The notes below the pieces were generated by a model. It saw only the letters and a list, made by a program, of their open reading frames with translations. It had not been told where the DNA came from and made no database searches. Below are positions 1 through 9,320 of a stretch of DNA of 64,000 nucleotides, in pieces. The DNA is from Anaerolineales bacterium (GTDB taxonomy: Bacteria; Chloroflexota; Anaerolineae; Anaerolineales; Villigracilaceae). Within the stretch, counting starts at the first letter, position 1; each line of letters begins with the position of its first letter. The position numbers and the translations under genes were made by a program. The stretch covers positions 2,483 to 66,482 of the forward strand of contig JBEKEB010000001.1 of NCBI GenBank assembly GCA_050014055.1. Direction: 5' to 3'.

Positions 1-1
1 G

Positions 2-730
2 CAGGAAATACCACTAACCTGGAAAGGGATTAATATCCGGTTGGCGAAAGCCACCCTTAAGGAAGCCCAGCCAGGCTCGTTCCTGTCCCCCCAGGCTGTG
101 GATCGTTTACTGGCTGCATTTGGAATTCCGAGTGCCTCAATCAGGCTGGCCCGGACGGAGACCGAAGCTGTTGAGATCGCCGGGCAAATGGGCTATCCGA
201 TCGTGCTGAAAATTGCCTCGCCAGACATCTCCCACAAATCTGACGTGGGCGGTGTTTTGCTGAATATCAATACTGCCGAAGAAGTCCGGACCGGGTTCGG
301 CAGCGTGATGGGGCGCGCTCGCCGCGCCAGGCCGGACGCCCATCTCGAAGGCGTTCTGGTTCAACGGATGCTGCCCGCCGGGCAGGAGGTTATTATCGGT
401 GCGAAGCGTGATCCGCAATTCGGCCCATTGATGATGTTCGGCTCGGGGGGTGTGGAAGTGGAAGGCTTGAAAGACCTGGCGTTTGGCCTGGCGCCATTGC
501 TGGCGACCGAAGCAGATGAAATGCTGCAGCGCACCTGGGCCGGACGCAAATTGGCCGGTTTTCGCAGCATTCCTCCAGCGGATGCCGGTGCAGTTAAAGA
601 TATCTTGCAACGCCTGGCTCAATTGGCATTTAATTTCCCGGAAGTTTCCGAAATCGAGATTAATCCTCTGCTTGTCCTTGCTCCTGGTCAGGGGACAGTC
701 GCAGTGGATGCCAGGGTCAAGCTGGGATAA
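2..730 (+). CDS. NDP-forming acyl-CoA synthetase (ADP-forming acetyl-CoA synthetase family), C-terminal ATP-grasp portion; 5' end lies outside the window
   Basis: The frame is open from nt 2; the ORF-track start at 41 is only the first TTG. GYPIVLKIASPDISHKSDVGGVLLNI and EINPLLV are typical of the ATP-grasp module of this family. Confidence 0.7.
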   Translation, partial: QEIPLTWKGINIRLAKATLKEAQPGSFLSPQAVDRLLAAFGIPSASIRLARTETEAVEIAGQMGYPIVLKIASPDISHKSDVGGVLLNINTAEEVRTGFGSVMGRARRARPDAHLEGVLVQRMLPAGQEVIIGAKRDPQFGPLMMFGSGGVEVEGLKDLAFGLAPLLATEADEMLQRTWAGRKLAGFRSIPPADAGAVKDILQRLAQLAFNFPEVSEIEINPLLVLAPGQGTVAVDARVKLG

Positions 731-961
731 TAAAGTTTTTACAGAAAACGATTCCTCCAATGGGAGACGAAGGGAAGCCGGGCCTCCATGGGACAAGGTT
801 GTCAACGGTTTGCTTGTTCCCGGCTGCCCGGGTCAGGGCCAGCAACCTGCCCGTGCTGAAGGCGAAAATAAGCCCCTTTTTAGGTCTTTTTCAAAAAGTC
901 CTGCTTGGCTGCCTCGGCGGAGGCGACCCAATCATGCCGGATGAAACCGCGCAAATCCAGC

Positions 962-1075
962 TTATAACCGGATCACGAACCCGCATTTCTCACACTTTAT
1001 GCTTTCCATGCCGCGCAGCATCACTTCGTCATATTGCTTTACCTGGCTAAGACGGCTCTCTTCTGCTTTTAGAAA
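962..1075 (-). pseudogene. Orphan fragment paralogous to the C-terminal zinc-ribbon half of the neighbouring 354-aa gene
   Basis: My own minus-strand translation gives 37 codons open after an in-frame TAG, ending EVMLRGMESIKCEKCGFVIRL*. ORF 1546..2610 ends VVLRGMDSIKCEYCGFVIRL*. There is no convincing start or RBS, and the first CxxC pair is missing. Confidence 0.4.
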
Positions 1076-1117
1076 CTATGGCAGTTCCCCCCCCGAACCT
1101 AAAGACCCGCCATCCGG

Positions 1118-1525
1118 CTACGCGATGGAGCGGGCATTGGATGGAGAGCGTTCTCCTTCGATTCCCCAACTAATGATCCTCTTTGGCTTGATCCGGATCA
1201 TTTCGGGGGAAAAGTTGGGTACGATCTCCGTGCCACCAGTATCCAACACAACTGCCTCCCCGCGAATCTCGATACCCCGGACAATCCATGGGTTGATAGA
1301 TGGTATATCGTCGATTACGAATGCCACCCAGGGGTTGTGTTGGATGTCGCGGAATTTCTTCCGTTTGGCAAAGTCGTGACCACCAATTTCGATTGTATCC
1401 ACATCCGGATTGTAGCGAAACGCTACCGGCACTACATGCGGATGTCCATCTGGGCCAACAGTGGCAAGGCGGCCCAGCCGTTGGGACTGCAAATATCCCT
1501 TTTCTGCGGTGGTGAAGATGCTCAT
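1118..1525 (-). CDS. PPOX-class (pyridoxamine-5'-phosphate-oxidase fold) probable F420/FMN-dependent enzyme
   Basis: 135 aa. LGRLATVGPDGHPHVVPVAF and the split-barrel-like length are typical of PPOX class F420-dependent proteins. Confidence 0.7.
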   Translation of the reverse strand: MSIFTTAEKGYLQSQRLGRLATVGPDGHPHVVPVAFRYNPDVDTIEIGGHDFAKRKKFRDIQHNPWVAFVIDDIPSINPWIVRGIEIRGEAVVLDTGGTEIVPNFSPEMIRIKPKRIISWGIEGERSPSNARSIA

Positions 1526-1545
1526 TTTTTCTCCTTAATTCCTTC

Positions 1546-2610
1546 TCATAAACGAATCACAAACCCACAGTACTCGCATTTGATGCTGTCCATGCCGCGC
1601 AATACCACCGAGGTGATATTGCCTCCGCAGGAGGGACATTGCGCTGGGGCCGACTTGACCTTTTCCACCGCCGCCTGGTCGAGCGCCACTGCACGGCCCT
1701 GGTCGAAGTCCTTGTTCTTGGCACGGTTGATCAGCGCCTGCCAGGCCACATTATCCTGCCAGATGTGAAAATGCGCCATCTGCACTGCGGCGCCGCTGGC
1801 AAAATGTACTTCGATATGGTCTTCGTTCTTAAGCAGGCCCTGCTTGCTGGTTTCCACTTTATCCACCAGTGCCACCGGAGCTTCCAGCTGTAATCCCTGT
1901 ACCTTCTGTTTCTCTCTTGCCACAAAGAGTACTTTCTTGGTGGCGATCTCTTCCTTTTGCTCGAAGATCAGGCGCTGGTCGGTCAGGTAGAGTACACCTT
2001 GCGGATCGCCCTTCTGCTCTTTGCCGGTCTTGCGCCAGCCCGCCTTGACCGCCGCGATGCCCGCCTCGGTCGGCAGCAATTGGAAGGAGGCCTCGGCCAG
2101 TTGTCCCAGCAGGTACTCGATCTCCTCCAGGTGCCGGGTGGCTGTGGACACCTGGTTGGTGAACTGGGTGTACATCCCCTCGATGGCCTGTTCGGCAGCA
2201 GGTACCTTGCTTTCCTCCTGCCCTACCGCCGATTGCAGCGTTGCCAGCAGACCGCGTGCAGCCGCCGGGTTGCCGGCCATCGCTGCCAGTTGCGGCATCT
2301 GCATCTCGATTGGACGCAGGGAGTTCACCAACGCTGTCGATTGTGTGTTGATCTGTGTTTGCAGGTTCGGGTACAACTGCATCCAGGAGCTCACAAAGGA
2401 CTGTGCCTGTCCTTCCATATCTTTCTCGAAGACGTAGCCGCGCGCCCTTAAGCTGGCTATGCGCTGTGCCAATCCATTTACGGTCGTTTGTGCCGACTCA
2501 ACCGCCTCGCGGCTGCTGGTCAATTGCACACTTCCCTGCAACGTGTTGACCCTGGCCTGCAGGGCATTGATCTCTTCGGAAATTTCCTGAGCGGGATTGG
2601 GAGTTACCAA
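1546..2610 (-). CDS. Hypothetical protein: N-terminal coiled-coil, central PH/GRAM-like segment (YLTDQRLIFE), C-terminal CxxC...CxxC zinc ribbon
   Basis: 354-aa ORF with a TTG start 6 nt after AGGAGG (rc of 2611-2622). Composition is coding-like. I recognise no family name with certainty. Confidence 0.65.
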   Translation of the reverse strand: MVTPNPAQEISEEINALQARVNTLQGSVQLTSSREAVESAQTTVNGLAQRIASLRARGYVFEKDMEGQAQSFVSSWMQLYPNLQTQINTQSTALVNSLRPIEMQMPQLAAMAGNPAAARGLLATLQSAVGQEESKVPAAEQAIEGMYTQFTNQVSTATRHLEEIEYLLGQLAEASFQLLPTEAGIAAVKAGWRKTGKEQKGDPQGVLYLTDQRLIFEQKEEIATKKVLFVAREKQKVQGLQLEAPVALVDKVETSKQGLLKNEDHIEVHFASGAAVQMAHFHIWQDNVAWQALINRAKNKDFDQGRAVALDQAAVEKVKSAPAQCPSCGGNITSVVLRGMDSIKCEYCGFVIRL

Positions 2611-2797
2611 GGCTTACCTCCTGTGCTAATAGGATAATATTGACTTTATTATTGCACAAATGAACAGGAATGACAACAGATCGGACCAAATCTCGGAAAT
2701 GATCCAACCGGTTGCTTTTTATGGGTTTTTCAAGATGGGATTTCGTGAGTGTAGGGAGATTGCCAGGCTTAAATGGATAATCTTGATTGATAACCAC

Positions 2798-2826
2798 TTG
2801 ACAATGTGTTTGATTTTCAGTATACT
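2798..2826 (+). promoter_or_regulatory. Sigma70-type promoter of the lacI-family gene
   Basis: TTGACA (2798-2803), 17-nt spacer, TATACT (2821-2826), lying 34 nt upstream of the ATG. Confidence 0.6.
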
Positions 2827-2831
2827 ATAAT

Positions 2832-2849
2832 TACTAACACGTGTTAGTA
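2832..2849. promoter_or_regulatory. Perfect 18-bp palindromic operator, tactaacac|gtgttagta
   Basis: Perfect inverted repeat immediately downstream of the -10 box. The core TAACACGTGTTA recurs at 3920-3931. Confidence 0.65.
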
Positions 2850-2859
2850 GAAGAGAATT

Positions 2860-3879
2860 ATGCCCAGAAAACGTGTCACCAGCTTCGATGTTGCTGAAAA
2901 GTCGGGGGTATCCAGAACCACGGTCTCGTTTGTCCTGAACAAAGTTCCGGGCATCAGTATCAGTGATTCCACCCGCCAGCGGGTCCTCCAGGTTGCAAAA
3001 GAACTGAATTATCATCCGGATTCTACGGGGAAAAAACTTGCCAGCGGAAAGTCGAATGCTCTCGGGTTGGTCCTCCGCCAGAGTCATGAGCAGGTATTTG
3101 CGGACGCATTACTTCCCCAAGTGTTGATGGGAATTGGTCAGGCCGCCACCGAGCAAGGCTTCGAGGTTCTACTGAAACCGCTGGAACCGCAGGATGCTGA
3201 CGGATATATGCGCCTAGTCCATGAGAACCATGTGGACGGCATTATTCTCTCAGGGCCCCGCCAGGAAGAATCCGAGATCATCCGCTTGCACAATGAAGGG
3301 CTGCCGGTCATGCTCATGGGGCAGTTGCCCGGAAGCGGCCTGCCCTTTGTGGATATCGATGCGGTCAGCGGCTCCGCCTCAGCAGTCAATCACCTGATCG
3401 AACATGGCCACCGTCGCATCGGTCTGATTACCAATGCCGCCTTGGAATACACCTCTGCCCAGCAGCGCCGTCTGGGTTATCTAAATTCACTAAAGCAAGC
3501 TGGAATTGAACCGGATGATTCCCTCATGCAGGCAGGAAACTATACTTCTGCAAGTGGTTTTACAGCCATGCAAAAACTGCTGGAAGTGTCCCCACGCCTG
3601 ACAGCGGTATTCGTCGCCAGCGACGTTGTTTCACTGGGTGCAATTCGGGCGATTAAACAGGCTGGGTTGAGAATTCCCCAGGATATTGCCGTGGTTGGCT
3701 TCGATAATATTCCCATGGCAGATTATTTTGATCCTCCCCTCACTACCGTTCGTATCCCATCTTACGGGCTTGGCTGGGCCTCCGGGGAACGGCTCGTGCG
3801 ACTCGTACAGGGTGAAGTCCTTGATCAAGAGGGCATGCTGCTCGAATCCGAGTTGGTTGTTCGCAATTCGAGTTGTTAA
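2860..3879 (+). CDS. LacI-family transcriptional regulator
   Basis: N-terminal HTH VTSFDVAEKSGVSRTTVSFVLN followed by a periplasmic-binding-protein-like sugar-binding core; 339 aa. Confidence 0.9.
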   Translation: MPRKRVTSFDVAEKSGVSRTTVSFVLNKVPGISISDSTRQRVLQVAKELNYHPDSTGKKLASGKSNALGLVLRQSHEQVFADALLPQVLMGIGQAATEQGFEVLLKPLEPQDADGYMRLVHENHVDGIILSGPRQEESEIIRLHNEGLPVMLMGQLPGSGLPFVDIDAVSGSASAVNHLIEHGHRRIGLITNAALEYTSAQQRRLGYLNSLKQAGIEPDDSLMQAGNYTSASGFTAMQKLLEVSPRLTAVFVASDVVSLGAIRAIKQAGLRIPQDIAVVGFDNIPMADYFDPPLTTVRIPSYGLGWASGERLVRLVQGEVLDQEGMLLESELVVRNSSC

Positions 3880-3917
3880 AAAACGATTAGCTCACATTTG
3901 TTTTTTTTATTCGGTTT

Positions 3918-3933
3918 ATTAACACGTGTTAGT
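3918..3933. promoter_or_regulatory. Second copy of the LacI-type operator, core taacacgtgtta
   Basis: 12-bp perfect palindrome at 3920-3931, between lacI and the ABC operon, about 155 nt upstream of the binding-protein ATG. Confidence 0.55.
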
Positions 3934-4088
3934 TTTCGGAATATTTGGCAGGTTTTGGTCTATGGTCAGAATAAATAATCCTCTCTATTTTCACCAGAAA
4001 GGAGGCGGTGTAAAATCAAATGAAATAATCTTCCCCACGAAAGCGATCTAATAATACCCGTTTCCCAATTTTCAAGGAGGATTACCTT

Positions 4089-5480
4089 ATGAACGTACGA
4101 TCAATTCGAATAATTGGCTTGCTGGTCGCCGCTAGCTTAATCTTCACAGCCTGTGCGTCCGCAGCCACACCCACGGCAGCCCCGGTTCAGCCGACTGCCA
4201 CCATGGCGCCCGTCGCCACCGCTACCATGGCCCCCGTCGCTACTGCTACCATGGCCCCCGCCGCCACCGCCACCACCGCACCCGCTGCTGCAACCATCGA
4301 TTGCAAGGGAGCGGCTTCCGGCGATACCATCTCCGTTGCCTACCAGTGGTCTGGATCGGAGGAAGCCAGCTTCCAAACCATCATCAAACCGCTCGAGGAT
4401 GCCTGTGGTATCAAGATCACTGGCAGTTCCACCCGCGACGCCTCCGTGCTAGACACCATGGTCAAGAGCTCGCCTCCGGATGTGCTCTTCTGGCCGGACC
4501 TCTCCCCGCTCAAGCTGTACACCAGCATGCTGCTGCCCTTGGATACCGTCGGCGGCAACCAGTCCAATTATGCACAGTACTGGATAACCATGGGCACAGT
4601 CAATGGCAAATGGCTGGCCATTCCGGCCAAGGCTGACCTGAAAACCATCATCTGGTACAGCCCCACCCAATTCGCCGCGCTCGGGTATACCGTCCCGACC
4701 ACCTTCGCCGATCTACAGACTCTGGTTGACAAAATGGTCGCTGATGGCAATGTACCATGGAGCATGGGCTTCAACAACGGCGGCGCAGCGGATGGCTGGA
4801 CCGGTTCCGACTTCATCCAGGACATACTCCTCGCCACCCAGGGACCAGACTACGTCAATGGCATCATTGCCGGTACCACACCATACAATGATCCGGGCGT
4901 GCTGGCGGCTTATCAGGTATACCAGAAGTGGGCTTCGGATCCGAAGTACACCGTTGGCGGAGCCAATGGCACGGTCAACACCAAATTCCTGGATGCCATC
5001 TACAAAGTATTTTCCAATCCGCCCCAGGCGTTGATGGTCAAGCAATCCGGCTTTGCCGGCGGCTCCATCGCGACGCAATACCCCACCTTGAAATATGGCA
5101 CCGATTACGATTTCTTCCAGTTCCCTGGCGCCAAGGGCATGCAAGGCGGAGCCGATTTCATGATGGCCTTCAGTAACAAACCGGCCGCCCAGGCCCTCGT
5201 TGCTTACGTTACCGGTACAGTCGGCGGCCAGAATTGGGCCAAGGCTAATTTCAGCGTCTCTCCGAACAAGAATGCCAACGGCAACTATACCGACCCGCAG
5301 GTGATCAAGTTCGCCCAGATGCTCGCCAATGCTTCCGGCTTTACCTTTGATATAGGCGATGCACTCGGAGCTCCGTTCAATGATGCCGAATGGAAGGGCA
5401 TTGTCGCAGTGGTCCAGGGCGCAGATATACCCACGACCCTTGCAACAATCGCCGCAGCGCAGAAACAATCCATCAAATAA
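4089..5480 (+). CDS. Sugar ABC transporter substrate-binding lipoprotein (solute-binding family 1)
   Basis: Signal peptide with lipobox LIFTAC, an Ala/Thr/Pro linker, then a family-1 SBP-like body. RBS AAGGAGG upstream. Confidence 0.85.
   Translation: MNVRSIRIIGLLVAASLIFTACASAATPTAAPVQPTATMAPVATATMAPVATATMAPAATATTAPAAATIDCKGAASGDTISVAYQWSGSEEASFQTIIKPLEDACGIKITGSSTRDASVLDTMVKSSPPDVLFWPDLSPLKLYTSMLLPLDTVGGNQSNYAQYWITMGTVNGKWLAIPAKADLKTIIWYSPTQFAALGYTVPTTFADLQTLVDKMVADGNVPWSMGFNNGGAADGWTGSDFIQDILLATQGPDYVNGIIAGTTPYNDPGVLAAYQVYQKWASDPKYTVGGANGTVNTKFLDAIYKVFSNPPQALMVKQSGFAGGSIATQYPTLKYGTDYDFFQFPGAKGMQGGADFMMAFSNKPAAQALVAYVTGTVGGQNWAKANFSVSPNKNANGNYTDPQVIKFAQMLANASGFTFDIGDALGAPFNDAEWKGIVAVVQGADIPTTLATIAAAQKQSIK
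4194..4289 (+). repeat. 24-nt x4 in-frame tandem repeat encoding (T-A-T-M-A-P-V-A)n in the lipoprotein linker
   Basis: Units start at 4194, 4218, 4242 and 4266, read directly from the sequence. Confidence 0.85.
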
Positions 5481-5555
5481 ACACTTGGTCGTCAAAAGCT
5501 GGGGCATGCCAAAACCATGCCCCAGCCCTTATTTACACATGAAGGAGGAGGATAT

Positions 5556-6467
5556 ATGGTCCCAAGGATCATGAAGCAAGGCCGCCTGGCCCCGTGGTTT
5601 TACCTGCTCCCGGCCCTGGTGCTCATGACGATATTTATCGTCTATCCCACCATTGGCACTTTCCGCCTAAGCCTGCTGGGCGCCACCAGCACCCAATCCG
5701 CTGCCACAACTTGTACTGCTGGTCAACCCTGCTGGGGGATTTTAGAGAACTACCGTTACGCCCTGACCAATCCCGATATGCTCCTGGCTCTGCGCAATAA
5801 TGCCCTGTGGTTGTTGTTGATGGTCCCTGGGACGATTGCCGGGGGCTTGTTTTTTGCATTATTGGCCGACCGGGTTCGCTACGAAAATGTCGCCAAGGCG
5901 ATCATTTTTATGCCCACTGCGATTTCATTCATCGGCGCTGGCATTATCTGGCGCTTTGTATACGATGTCGAATCCGGCGGCGGCCCCCAAATTGGCCTCC
6001 TGAACGCCATTATCGTCGGGCTGGGCGGCAAGGCGGTAACATGGTTGAGCGACCCGGCCATCAATAACTTTTCCCTGATGGTGGTGGGTGTCTGGCTATG
6101 GGCAGGTTTCTGTATGACCATCCTGTCAGCCGCCATCAAAGGAGTCAACACAGAAATCCTGGAGGCGTCGCGCGTCGATGGCGCCAATGAATGGCAGGTC
6201 TTCTGGGAAATTCTTTTCCCGAGCATCCAGACGACGATTGTGGTTGTGACCACCACCATGGCTATTATCATTCTTAAGATTTTCGACGTGGTCTTCGTCA
6301 TGACGGATGGCAATTTCGGCACCGAGGTGATTGCCAACCGCATGTTCACGCTGATTGTGACCAATGCAGGCCAATCCACTGCCATTGCGGTCATCCTGAT
6401 CATTTTGACGATTCCAATCATGATTTTCAACATCCAACGCTTTCGTAAAGAGGAGGCAGCCCGATGA
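5556..6467 (+). CDS. Sugar ABC transporter permease (MalF/UgpA-like)
   Basis: Multi-TM protein with an EAA-loop-like ASRVDGANEWQVFWEILFP. Start moved to the ATG at 5556, which sits behind GAAGGAGGAGG. Confidence 0.85.
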   Translation: MVPRIMKQGRLAPWFYLLPALVLMTIFIVYPTIGTFRLSLLGATSTQSAATTCTAGQPCWGILENYRYALTNPDMLLALRNNALWLLLMVPGTIAGGLFFALLADRVRYENVAKAIIFMPTAISFIGAGIIWRFVYDVESGGGPQIGLLNAIIVGLGGKAVTWLSDPAINNFSLMVVGVWLWAGFCMTILSAAIKGVNTEILEASRVDGANEWQVFWEILFPSIQTTIVVVTTTMAIIILKIFDVVFVMTDGNFGTEVIANRMFTLIVTNAGQSTAIAVILIILTIPIMIFNIQRFRKEEAAR

Positions 6468-7684
6468 AACCACTGGCCCGTTTCAACCGCTTTTTCAGCA
6501 GGCTGCCTCTTCACATGGCAGTCATACTGATGTGCGTGCTTTGGATCATCCCGACACTGGGGTTGTTCGTGACCTCCTTCCGGTCGCGCCAGGCCGTCAG
6601 CACCACCGGCTGGTGGGAGACCTTCCTGCCCCAGCCGCAGGCGGTCGGGAAACCGGAGTACACGCAGTACTGTACTGCCTGCCATGGGGCCACCGGCAAG
6701 GCGCTCCCCGCGGCCGACCTTTCCAGCCCGGTTAAAGTGAACCAGTTCCCGAGCGCGGCCAGCCTGCTGGTGATGCTGCGCAATCCTGTCAACGGAGCAC
6801 CACACTTGCTTAACACCACGCCCCTGCCTTCCGCCCCCAAGGATTCCTTGGCAAGTCTTACCCCGATTGTGACTTATCTGCAAACTCTTTCCGGCCAGGG
6901 CCAAAATACCACCCGGCTGACTCTCAGCAATTACGTGGATGCCATTGTCGGCTACAAGGGCATCCAGGATTATCTTTCAGACTGCAAGAACAATGTCGCC
7001 AGCACCAAGGCAGTCTTCAACTGCAATATCAGCGACGTAACCAATCCGGCCGGTATGGGCGATGCCCTGATTAATACCCTGATCGTTACCATACCGACCA
7101 CCCTTCTGGTGATTGTCATCGCAGCCCTGGCTGCCTATGCCTTCGCCTGGTTGGACTTTAAAGGACGCCAATGGCTGTTTGCCCTGTTGATAGGGCTGCA
7201 GATCGTGCCTCTGCAGATGTCTCTTGTCCCTATCGCCCAAATGTACGTCAAGCTCCACATGCAAAGCACCTTCCTGGGGATCTGGCTCTTCCACACCGGC
7301 TTCGGCTTGCCGTACGCCATATATCTGATCCGCAACTTCATTGGTTCCCTTCCGCGCGAGATGTTCGAATCCGCCTATCTGGACGGCGCCAACCATTGGG
7401 CTGCCTTTCGCCGTCTGGCCCTGCCCCTTTCGATGCCGGCGATCGCCTCGCTGGGTATTTTCCAGTTCATTTGGGTCTGGAATGACTTCCTGGTGGCCAA
7501 GATCTTTCTCTCCAGCCACCCGGTGTTGACCGTGCAGATTACCAACTTGATTGACCCGCGCGGCCAGAACTGGCACATCCTGACCGGCGCAGCTTTCCTG
7601 TCGTTCCTCGTCCCGATGATCGTATTCTTCGCCTTCCAACGTTCCTTCGTGCACGGGCTCCTAGCTGGCTCTGTGAAAGGCTAA
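6464..7684 (+). CDS. Sugar ABC transporter permease (MalG-like) with a ~125-aa cytochrome-c-like insertion in the first external loop
   Basis: ATGA overlap with the upstream permease. EAA loop SAYLDGANHWAAFRRLALPL. CTACH heme-binding motif at 6671-6685. Confidence 0.85.
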   Translation: MKPLARFNRFFSRLPLHMAVILMCVLWIIPTLGLFVTSFRSRQAVSTTGWWETFLPQPQAVGKPEYTQYCTACHGATGKALPAADLSSPVKVNQFPSAASLLVMLRNPVNGAPHLLNTTPLPSAPKDSLASLTPIVTYLQTLSGQGQNTTRLTLSNYVDAIVGYKGIQDYLSDCKNNVASTKAVFNCNISDVTNPAGMGDALINTLIVTIPTTLLVIVIAALAAYAFAWLDFKGRQWLFALLIGLQIVPLQMSLVPIAQMYVKLHMQSTFLGIWLFHTGFGLPYAIYLIRNFIGSLPREMFESAYLDGANHWAAFRRLALPLSMPAIASLGIFQFIWVWNDFLVAKIFLSSHPVLTVQITNLIDPRGQNWHILTGAAFLSFLVPMIVFFAFQRSFVHGLLAGSVKG

Positions 7685-7697
7685 AATTCTTTGAGAT

Positions 7698-9320
7698 ATG
7701 CTTATGTCCGATCCGTTCTGGTACAAAAATGCCGTTTTCTATGAAGTCTATGTGCGCGCTTTTTATGACAGTAATGGCGATGGCCACGGCGATCTGAATG
7801 GCCTGACCCAGAAACTCGATTACCTGCAGTCTCTGGGAGTGGACTGCCTGTGGCTGTTGCCGATCTATCCATCGCCTTTGAAGGATGACGGCTACGATAT
7901 TTCGGATTACATGGGGATACATCCGGATTATGGAACTCTGGATGATTTCAAGGCCTTGCTTGCAGCTGCCCATGCACATAATATCCGTCTCATCATGGAT
8001 CTGGTGATCAACCACACCTCCGATCAACATCCTTGGTTCCAGGCAGCCCGTACCGATCACAATTCTCCTTTTCGCGGTTACTACGTTTGGAGCGATACAG
8101 ACAAAAAATATAGCCAGGCGCGCATCATTTTTGTGGATACCGAAAAATCGAACTGGACCTGGGATGAAGTCGCCGGCCAATATTTCTGGCATCGCTTTTA
8201 TAGCAGCCAACCAGACCTGAACTTCGATAATCCTGCCGTGCGTGCCGAGCTTATCTGCATCATTCGCTTTTGGCTCGATCTCGGCGTGGATGGCTTCCGG
8301 GTGGACGCCGCCCCATACATCTTCGAGCGCGAGGACACCAGCAGTGAGAACTTGCCTGAAACGCACACATTTCTCAAGGAAATTCGTAGCTTCGTTGATA
8401 GAAATTTTCCCGGACGGATCCTGTTATGCGAGGCCAACCAGTGGCCGCAGGAGGTTCGCGACTACTTCGGGGACGGGGATGAGTTCCACCTGGCCTTCCA
8501 TTTTCCATTGATGCCTCGCATCTTCATGGCTCTGCGCAGTGGGGAGACCTCTCCGATCGAATGGGCTCTGACGCATACCCCCACCATCCCGGAAAATTGC
8601 CAATGGTGCACTTTTCTGCGCAACCACGACGAACTCACTCTTGAGATGGTGACGGAGGAGCAGCGTCAGTGGATGTGGGAGCAATACGCCCCCGACCCGC
8701 GCATGCGCCTGAACCTCGGTATCCGCCGCCGCCTGGCGCCCTTGCTCGACAACGACAAGCGCAAGATTGGTGTGGCTTTCTCCCTGCTCTTTACCCTGCC
8801 TGGATCCCCGATTATCTATTATGGAGACGAGATCGGAATGGGGGATAATATCTATCTCGCCGACCGGAACGGCGTACGTACCCCGATGCAATGGGAAGCG
8901 GGTCTCAATGCAGGTTTCACACAGGCCAGGACAATATATTCCCCTGTGAACAATACCCCCCCATATCACCCCGAAAAGGTGAATGTCATGTCAGAATGCA
9001 CTGAGGCCGGGTCATTGTGGTCCCAGATCCGGGCGATGATTTCCATACGGAAAAGTCACTCAGCCCTGTGCTACGGGACCTTGACCATGGTTGATTGCGG
9101 ATCGTCCGCTGTGGCTGCCTATCTGCGTGTAGAAAGCCAGGAGACCGTACTGGTCCTTCAAAATCTCAGCGCACATCCCCAGAAAATTACCAGGCCTCTG
9201 GTTCCGGATGTTCATGGAAAATTTATCGACCTGCTTACCCGCCAGTCGGAGGATAATATCCGTGGGAAGGCAAATTTGTTCCTCCAGCCCTATGAATATC
9301 GTTGGCTTTTGATCCAGTAA
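7698..9320 (+). CDS. treS: Trehalose synthase / maltose alpha-D-glucosyltransferase (GH13)
   Basis: WYKNAVFYEVYVRAF, INHTSDQHPWF, GFRVDAAPY, FLRNHDELTLEMV, IRRRLAPLLDND and YYGDEIGMGDN..L.DRNGVRTPMQW are TreS-typical blocks. Confidence 0.85.
   Translation: MLMSDPFWYKNAVFYEVYVRAFYDSNGDGHGDLNGLTQKLDYLQSLGVDCLWLLPIYPSPLKDDGYDISDYMGIHPDYGTLDDFKALLAAAHAHNIRLIMDLVINHTSDQHPWFQAARTDHNSPFRGYYVWSDTDKKYSQARIIFVDTEKSNWTWDEVAGQYFWHRFYSSQPDLNFDNPAVRAELICIIRFWLDLGVDGFRVDAAPYIFEREDTSSENLPETHTFLKEIRSFVDRNFPGRILLCEANQWPQEVRDYFGDGDEFHLAFHFPLMPRIFMALRSGETSPIEWALTHTPTIPENCQWCTFLRNHDELTLEMVTEEQRQWMWEQYAPDPRMRLNLGIRRRLAPLLDNDKRKIGVAFSLLFTLPGSPIIYYGDEIGMGDNIYLADRNGVRTPMQWEAGLNAGFTQARTIYSPVNNTPPYHPEKVNVMSECTEAGSLWSQIRAMISIRKSHSALCYGTLTMVDCGSSAVAAYLRVESQETVLVLQNLSAHPQKITRPLVPDVHGKFIDLLTRQSEDNIRGKANLFLQPYEYRWLLIQ

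Noticed and set aside
137-805. Long antisense ORFs opposite clearly assigned genes. Examples: 137..805-, 4713..5507-, 5879..6904-, 7539..8366-, 17547..18680-, 20022..20741-, 20911..21735-, 56108..56839-, 57768..58397-, 15047..15583-.
   Set aside because: Their translations are Arg/Gly/Pro-rich and low-complexity, with no motifs. They lie entirely opposite ORFs with strong family signatures. These are the shadow ORFs typical of GC-rich coding DNA.
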